64,000 bases of DNA, taken from the NCBI GenBank assembly GCA_963668645.2, contig CAXXWC010000021.1:320001-384000 (forward strand). The letters run 5' to 3'. This document shows, piece by piece, positions 58,166-64,000 of the stretch. The notes beneath the pieces are model-generated. The model ran no database searches, had not been told where the DNA came from, and saw nothing but the letters and a program-made list of their open reading frames with translations. Source of the stretch: Desulfobacterales bacterium. GTDB lineage: Bacteria; Desulfobacterota; Desulfobacteria; Desulfobacterales; UBA2174. How positions within the stretch are numbered: position 1 is the stretch's first letter; each line of letters starts with the position of its first letter. Made by a program: the position numbers and the translations under genes.

Positions 58166-60577
58166 ATGGATAAGCCGAAAACCGAAACGGCTCAGCAGCC
58201 GGAGGCCCAATCCCGCTGGCGCTGGTTGCTGATGCTGGCGCTGGCGGCGGTCTTTGCGCTGGTGCTTCACCCGCGGCCCTCCCCCACCCGCTTCAACTAC
58301 AGGCCCGGGGATGTGGTCCAGAAGGATATCAAGGCCCCCCGGGATTTTTTTATCGAAGACCAGGAGGCCACAGAGGAAAAACGCCACCATGCCTCCGAGC
58401 TGGTCAAGACGGTCTACGATTTTGACAGCAGCCGCCTGCCGACCCTTTCGCACCAGGTGCACAGCGCCTTTGCCTTGTTGCGCTCCACCGTGGAAAACGA
58501 GGAACGGGCCCACGAGCTTGAAGCGGCCCGGCACCAGAACCCGGTCATGGACGGCGCGGCCCCGGTCTTGCCCCCACGCCCGTCACTGCACGAACAGATC
58601 TGGAAAGAAAAGGAAGAGTTCGAGAAAAACCTGGGCATCACGGTAGGTGACGGTGCTTTCGCCATCCTGGAAAAGGAAGGATTTTCCTTCTTTATCGAAG
58701 AGACCCTCAACCAGATCCTGGGCGAAATTCTCGACAACGGGGTGGTCAACAACAAGGAGATGCTCCTGAGGGATGTGGATCAGGGCATCGTTTTGCGCGA
58801 CATCGTCACCCACAATGAACGCACCGTCTACGATCTGAAGCAGTTTTACGGCCACGATCAGGCCAAGACGATGGTGCGCATCGTCGGCGATCCGCTGTTG
58901 CGCGAAAAGGACTACAACCTGCGCAACCTGGTGGTGGATCTGGCCCAACGGCTGATCCAGCCCAACATCACCCTCAACCGCAGCGAAACCGCCGATCGGC
59001 GCCGTATCGCGGCCGAGACCGTCAAGCCGGTGCTCTATCAGATCAAAGCCGGCGAAATGATCCTGCGCGAAGGCGAACGGGTCACGCCGGTGCATCTGCT
59101 CAAACTCAAGGCCTCCCATCCCAAGCAGGGGGAAGCTCCAGGCGTGCTCAAAAGCATCGGGGCCGGCCTTGTGCTTTTCTGCCTGCTGGCGGTGCTGGAC
59201 ACCGTGGGACTGCGCCGCAGCCCGATCTTCAGACGCAATCCGCAGCGCAACCTCTTCTTTCTGGTCTCGGTGTTGGGCCTCTTTTTCACCCTGACCCGCA
59301 TCACCCTGTCGCTCAGCGAGGCCCTGGCCCAGCAGCCGCCCTGGGGATTGAGTACCGGCTCGATCTTTTTCGGAATGCCCATTACCAGCGGGGCCATGCT
59401 GGTTTGCATCTTCTTTGGACTGGATCTGGCCATGGCCATGGCCATGGTGCTGGCCGTGGCCCTGCCCCTGCTGCTACCCGACCATACCTATCTGCTCTTT
59501 TTCTTTCTGCTCAACGGGGCCATGGGGGCCTACTGGGTCCAGCACTGCCGCGAACGCCGGGCGTTTATCAACGCCGGGGTGCGCCTGGCCGTCTTCAATC
59601 TGCTGCTGGCGACCGCTGTCAATCTCAACGCCGGCACGATAGATGCGACCCGCCTGATCGGCGACTTTACCTTCGCCCTGCTCGGCGGCATCGGCGCGGG
59701 CATCGTCACCGCCGGCCTCACGCCCCTGGTGGAGATGGCCTTCGGCTATACCACCGATATCACCCTGCTGGAGCTGGCCAACCTCGATCGGCCTATTTTG
59801 CGCCAGTTGATGATGGAAGCGCCGGGAACTTACCACCATTCGGTGGTAGTCGGTTCCATGGTGGAGGCCGCAGCGGCCGATATCGGCGCCAACCCGCTTC
59901 TGGGCAAGGTTTGCGGCTACTACCATGATATCGGCAAGATTAAAAAGCCGCTATACTTCATCGAAAACCAGCGCAGCGGCAGAAACCCCCACGACAAGCT
60001 GGCGCCATCCATGTCCAAACGCATCCTGGTGGCCCATGTCAAGGACGGGGTTGAGATCGCCAGCCAGCACAAACTGGGCCGCACGATTATCGACACCATC
60101 AGCCAGAGCCACGGCACCAGCCTGATCGTCTACTTTTACGAAAAAGCCCGTCAAGCGCACGGCGAGAGCAACGTCAACCCGGACGATTTCCGTTATCCGG
60201 GTCCCCGCCCCCAAACCCGCGAGGCAGGTCTGGTCATGCTGGCCGATGTGGTCGAAGCCGCCTCCCGGACCCTCGAAAATCCGACTCCGGCAAGGATCAG
60301 GGGCCTGGTTCAGAACCTGATCAACAAGGTTTTTTCGGACGGCCAGCTGGACGAATGTGAACTAACCTTGAAAGATTTGCATAAAATAGCTAAGAGTTTC
60401 AATAAGATATTATATGGCATCCACCACCACCGCATCGAGTATCCCGAACGCTCGGGGACCAATGGGAAATCCAAAAATGGCCGTTCTGATCGACAATCGC
60501 CAGAACCTGCTGCCGATCCCGATTCCAAACCTGCGCCGCCAAGCACAGACCGTCTTAGACGCCTTGGGATGTCCTGA
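58166..60577 (+). CDS. 7TM-HD (HDIG) phosphohydrolase, PgpH-like
   Basis: Extracellular domain, multiple TM helices, APGTYHHS, YHDIGK, HHG-like SHGT, MLAD; lies between phoH and ybeY. Confidence 0.9.
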   Translation: MDKPKTETAQQPEAQSRWRWLLMLALAAVFALVLHPRPSPTRFNYRPGDVVQKDIKAPRDFFIEDQEATEEKRHHASELVKTVYDFDSSRLPTLSHQVHSAFALLRSTVENEERAHELEAARHQNPVMDGAAPVLPPRPSLHEQIWKEKEEFEKNLGITVGDGAFAILEKEGFSFFIEETLNQILGEILDNGVVNNKEMLLRDVDQGIVLRDIVTHNERTVYDLKQFYGHDQAKTMVRIVGDPLLREKDYNLRNLVVDLAQRLIQPNITLNRSETADRRRIAAETVKPVLYQIKAGEMILREGERVTPVHLLKLKASHPKQGEAPGVLKSIGAGLVLFCLLAVLDTVGLRRSPIFRRNPQRNLFFLVSVLGLFFTLTRITLSLSEALAQQPPWGLSTGSIFFGMPITSGAMLVCIFFGLDLAMAMAMVLAVALPLLLPDHTYLLFFFLLNGAMGAYWVQHCRERRAFINAGVRLAVFNLLLATAVNLNAGTIDATRLIGDFTFALLGGIGAGIVTAGLTPLVEMAFGYTTDITLLELANLDRPILRQLMMEAPGTYHHSVVVGSMVEAAAADIGANPLLGKVCGYYHDIGKIKKPLYFIENQRSGRNPHDKLAPSMSKRILVAHVKDGVEIASQHKLGRTIIDTISQSHGTSLIVYFYEKARQAHGESNVNPDDFRYPGPRPQTREAGLVMLADVVEAASRTLENPTPARIRGLVQNLINKVFSDGQLDECELTLKDLHKIAKSFNKILYGIHHHRIEYPERSGTNGKSKNGRSDRQSPEPAADPDSKPAPPSTDRLRRLGMS

Positions 60578-60950
60578 GGGCGAATTGTCGGTGGTCATCG
60601 TCGAAGACGAGGCCATCGCCGCCATCAACCAGGAATATCTCCAGCGCAGCGGTCCCACCAACGTGATCTCCTTTGCCATGCGCGAGGGCGACTTCGGTCA
60701 GCTTCACCCCGAACTGCTCGGCGACGTGGTGATCAGCGTTGAAACCGCCCGGCGCGAGGCCGAGGCGGCCGCCATGCCTTTCGGCCGGCGCCTCAGCGAG
60801 CTGCTGGTCCACGGGGTGCTCCACCTGTTCGGTTATGATCATGAGACCCCCGAAGCCGATGCGGCCGCCATGGAGGCCAAAAGCCGGGAACTGATGGATC
60901 GCATCGAGGCCCTGGATCCCGCAGCGGACGAGGCGGACGACCGCGATTAA
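60477..60950 (+). CDS. ybeY: rRNA maturation endoribonuclease YbeY
   Basis: PTNVISF, LGDVVIS, HGVLHLFGYDH. Confidence 0.94.
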   Translation: MAVLIDNRQNLLPIPIPNLRRQAQTVLDALGCPEGELSVVIVEDEAIAAINQEYLQRSGPTNVISFAMREGDFGQLHPELLGDVVISVETARREAEAAAMPFGRRLSELLVHGVLHLFGYDHETPEADAAAMEAKSRELMDRIEALDPAADEADDRD

Positions 60951-60964
60951 AGGAGGGAATCCCC

Positions 60965-62557
60965 ATGCAACTGGTTAGCGCCGCCCAGATGCAGGCCATG
61001 GATCGGGCCACCATCCAGGACTTCGGTCTGCCGGGGCGTCTCTTGATGGAAAATGCCGGACGCGGTGCGGTTCAAGCCATGCTCACCGCCTGGGGTGAAC
61101 CGGCGGCCAAACCGATCGGGGTGGCCGCCGGGCGGGGCAACAACGGCGGGGACGGATTCGTCATCGCCCGCTGCCTGGCCCAGCGCGGCCATTCGGTGAC
61201 CGTCTTTTTGCTTTCCTCACGCGATCGCGTCGGCGGGGATGCCGCGGCCAATCTGGCCCTGCTCGATCCTCTGGGGATCCCGGTGATCGAGGTGCCCGAT
61301 GCAGCGGCCTTCGACCGCTGCGAGGCGGAGATGCGCCGGCCCCGGATTTGGATCGATGCCATTTTCGGCACCGGCCTCAACGCCGAGGTGCGCGGGGTGC
61401 AGGCCCGCATGATCGACCTGATCAATGCCCAGGGCCGGCCGGTGCTGGCCGTGGACATCGCTTCGGGACTGGACGCCGATACGGGCCAGGTCCTGGGCCG
61501 GGCCGTACGGGCCGATCTGACCGCCACCTTCGCCTTTGCCAAAATCGGTCACAAGGTCCATCCCGGGGCCGCGCTCACCGGCCGGCTTTTCGTGGTGGAC
61601 ATCGGGATCCCGTCCCAGATCGCTGCCGGCGTTGCGGCCCCCCAGCAGTTGATCGACGCCGCTCTGGCCAGCGCCGATCTACCCCGCCGGGCACCCGACG
61701 CGCACAAGGGAACCACCGGACATCTGCTCGTGGTAGCCGGATCCACTGGCAAGGCCGGCGCTGCGGCCATGACCGCCACGGCCGCCATGCACAGCGGTGC
61801 AGGGCTGGTCACTCTGGCCGTGCCGGCCGCCCTGCTGCAGGTGGCCGCCGGCCTGGTCCTCGAGGCCATGACCGCGCCCCTGGCCGGCAACGCTTCCGGC
61901 GCCCTTGAGATGGCGGCCCTGCCGGCCCTGGAGCGGTTGTATGCCGGCAAGCGCTGCCTGGCCCTGGGGCCGGGGATCGGCACGGCCGAGACCACGGCGG
62001 ATCTGGTCCGCGCCGTGGTCAAAGACTGCCCGCTGCCCATGGTGATCGATGCCGACGCCATCAACATCCTGGCCCAAACCCCGGAGCTGTTGTCATCGGC
62101 CCGCTCACCGCTGATCCTCACCCCCCACCCGGGCGAGATGGCCCGCCTGATGGCCGTTACCACCGCCGAGATTCAAGCCGACCGCATCGGCGCGGCCCGC
62201 CGCCTGGCCGGGCACCACGGGATCTGGGTGGTGCTCAAAGGCGCTGCCACGGTCATCGCCGGGCCCGGCGGGCAGGTCTGGATCAACTCCAGCGGCAACC
62301 CGGGCATGGCCAGTGGCGGGATGGGCGATGTCCTGGCCGGACTGATCGCCGGGTTGATCGTCCAGCGGCTTGCCCCCGAGGCCGCGGCCCGCCTGGGGGT
62401 CTTCGTCCACGGGGCGGCCGCCGACCGCCTGGCAGCGCGCCGCGGCCCCCAGGGATATTTGGCCGCCCAGGTGATGCAGACCGTGCCGGAGATATTCCGG
62501 GATCTGGCCCAGGCCCCGGAAACCTTTGGCGCGCCGGCGCAAAAGGTGCCCTTCTGA
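60965..62557 (+). CDS. nnr: Bifunctional NAD(P)HX epimerase/dehydratase
   Basis: LMENAG, GNNGGDG, DAIFGTG, HKG, GPGIG, DADA, TPHPGE, GGMGDVL. Confidence 0.94.
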   Translation: MQLVSAAQMQAMDRATIQDFGLPGRLLMENAGRGAVQAMLTAWGEPAAKPIGVAAGRGNNGGDGFVIARCLAQRGHSVTVFLLSSRDRVGGDAAANLALLDPLGIPVIEVPDAAAFDRCEAEMRRPRIWIDAIFGTGLNAEVRGVQARMIDLINAQGRPVLAVDIASGLDADTGQVLGRAVRADLTATFAFAKIGHKVHPGAALTGRLFVVDIGIPSQIAAGVAAPQQLIDAALASADLPRRAPDAHKGTTGHLLVVAGSTGKAGAAAMTATAAMHSGAGLVTLAVPAALLQVAAGLVLEAMTAPLAGNASGALEMAALPALERLYAGKRCLALGPGIGTAETTADLVRAVVKDCPLPMVIDADAINILAQTPELLSSARSPLILTPHPGEMARLMAVTTAEIQADRIGAARRLAGHHGIWVVLKGAATVIAGPGGQVWINSSGNPGMASGGMGDVLAGLIAGLIVQRLAPEAAARLGVFVHGAAADRLAARRGPQGYLAAQVMQTVPEIFRDLAQAPETFGAPAQKVPF

Positions 62558-63087
62558 TGCTGGCCGAACCTTTTTGCATGGTGCGCGACTGCCCCTCACC
62601 CGAGGCCACGCGCCGCCTGGCGCAGCATCTGGGCGGCCTGGCCGGCACCGGTCTGGTCATCGGTTTGAGCGGGCCCCTGGGCAGCGGCAAGACCACCTTC
62701 GTCCAGGGGCTGGCCGCCGGCCTGGATGTCCCTGCCGCCTTTGCCGTCACCAGCCCCACCTTCACCCTGGTCAACGCGTATCCCGGGCGCCTGCCCCTTT
62801 ACCATGCGGATCTTTACCGGCTGGGAGAAAATGCCGATCTGGAATCCATCGGGCTGTATGATTGCATGGACGAACTCGGGGTGCTGGCCATCGAATGGGC
62901 CGATCTCGCACCGGCCGAGCTGCCCGAAATCCGCTTGGAGATCCATCTGGAGATCGTCTCGGATACGGGCCGGCGCATCAGCCTCCGGGCATATGGACTT
63001 GCGCCTGAGAATCTGTTAAGACAGCTCGCCGAGCACGAAGAAAGAACCAGCTCGCTTTCACTGCCCAAGGAGTCTTTATGGCACTGA
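62557..63087 (+). CDS. tsaE: t6A biosynthesis ATPase TsaE
   Basis: [25 protein letters not shown]. Confidence 0.94.
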   Translation: MLAEPFCMVRDCPSPEATRRLAQHLGGLAGTGLVIGLSGPLGSGKTTFVQGLAAGLDVPAAFAVTSPTFTLVNAYPGRLPLYHADLYRLGENADLESIGLYDCMDELGVLAIEWADLAPAELPEIRLEIHLEIVSDTGRRISLRAYGLAPENLLRQLAEHEERTSSLSLPKESLWH

Positions 63088-64000
63088 TTGTCCAGAAATT
63101 CGGCGGCACTTCGGTAGGCGATCTTGAACGCATCGCCAACGTGGCGCGCCGCGTCGCTCGCACCTACGATCAGGGAAACGACATGGTCGTCGTGGTGTCG
63201 GCCATGGCCGGGGTCACCGACAGTCTGATCCGCATGGCCCGCCAGGTCGATCCGGAGCCGGACAAGCGGGAACTCGATGTCCTGTTGGCCACCGGTGAAC
63301 AGACCAGCGCCGCCCTGCTGGCAATGACGCTCAAAACCATGGGCCGGCCGGCCGTATCCATGCTCGGGCACCAGGCCGAGGTACTCACCGACACGGATTT
63401 CGGCAATGCCCGCATCATCGAAATCCGGGCCCAGCGCGTCAGGGAACATCTGAGTAAAAAACGGATCGTGGTGGTGGCCGGTTTCCAGGGGGCGGATACT
63501 GTGGGCGACATCACCACCCTGGGGCGGGGCGGTTCGGACACGTCGGCGGTGGCCATCGCCGCCGCGCTCAAGGCCGATGTTTGCGAGATCTACACCGACG
63601 TTGACGGGATCTACACCGCCGACCCCAACATCTGTGCCAAGGCCCGTAAAATCAAGACGATCTCCTACGATGAGATGCTCAACATGGCCAGCCTGGGGGC
63701 CAAGATACTGCAAATCCGCTCGGTGGGCTTTGCCAAAAAATTCAATATCCCCGTACATGTCCGCTCTTCTTTTAACGAGGAGGAAGGCACGATGGTCGTC
63801 CATGAGGATTCGGGTATGGAACAATTGGTCGTTTCCGGTGTAACCCACAACAAGGATGAAGCGCGCATCACCCTCAAGGGAGTTCCGGATCAGCCCGGGG
63901 TGGCGGCCAAGATTTTTTCTCCCATGGCCGACGCCGGTATTGTGGTGGACATGATCATCCAGAATACCCGTGCCGGCGGTGTTACCGATCTGACCTTCAC
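63078..64000 (+). CDS. lysC: Aspartate kinase (partial, runs off the window edge)
   Basis: Translated by hand from ATG at 63078: [44 protein letters not shown]. Confidence 0.95.
   Translation, partial: MALIVQKFGGTSVGDLERIANVARRVARTYDQGNDMVVVVSAMAGVTDSLIRMARQVDPEPDKRELDVLLATGEQTSAALLAMTLKTMGRPAVSMLGHQAEVLTDTDFGNARIIEIRAQRVREHLSKKRIVVVAGFQGADTVGDITTLGRGGSDTSAVAIAAALKADVCEIYTDVDGIYTADPNICAKARKIKTISYDEMLNMASLGAKILQIRSVGFAKKFNIPVHVRSSFNEEEGTMVVHEDSGMEQLVVSGVTHNKDEARITLKGVPDQPGVAAKIFSPMADAGIVVDMIIQNTRAGGVTDLTF

Overview
A GC-rich chromosomal window whose gene content resembles sulfate-reducing Desulfobacterota (Desulfobacterales-like); this assignment is inferred from gene content. Most of it is housekeeping: pta-ackA; lon-tsaB-psd-greA-rpoZ-ttcA-folE2; acnA; two hsp20 genes; kdsD-pfkA; lpoA-waaA; fba; cvpA-mazG; phoH-HD-ybeY-nnr-tsaE-lysC. 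I saw no rRNA, tRNA, CRISPR array or transposase. The most interesting part is 22-37.6 kb. (1) A cobalamin riboswitch is followed not by a B12 gene but by a ~230-nt structured, apparently non-coding segment. It points antisense to a triply frameshifted amphi-Trp gene. (2) A full-length sirtuin has its catalytic and NAD-binding residues replaced. (3) A divergent sigma-54 module has two arms. The minus arm is TauE, two membrane proteins, a histidine kinase and an NtrC-type regulator frameshifted before its HTH. The plus arm is a soluble PhsA/PsrA-like Mo enzyme (no Tat signal, no membrane anchor), an Fe-S subunit, a GltD/NfnB-like NAD(P)H flavoprotein, an SH3-like small protein and a 2Fe-2S/4Fe-4S protein. 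It is a candidate cytoplasmic NAD(P)H-linked sulfur-oxyanion oxidoreductase system. Also present: a coupled phosphoesterase/Hanks kinase-DUF1566 pair and an AT-rich PAS-gene insert.
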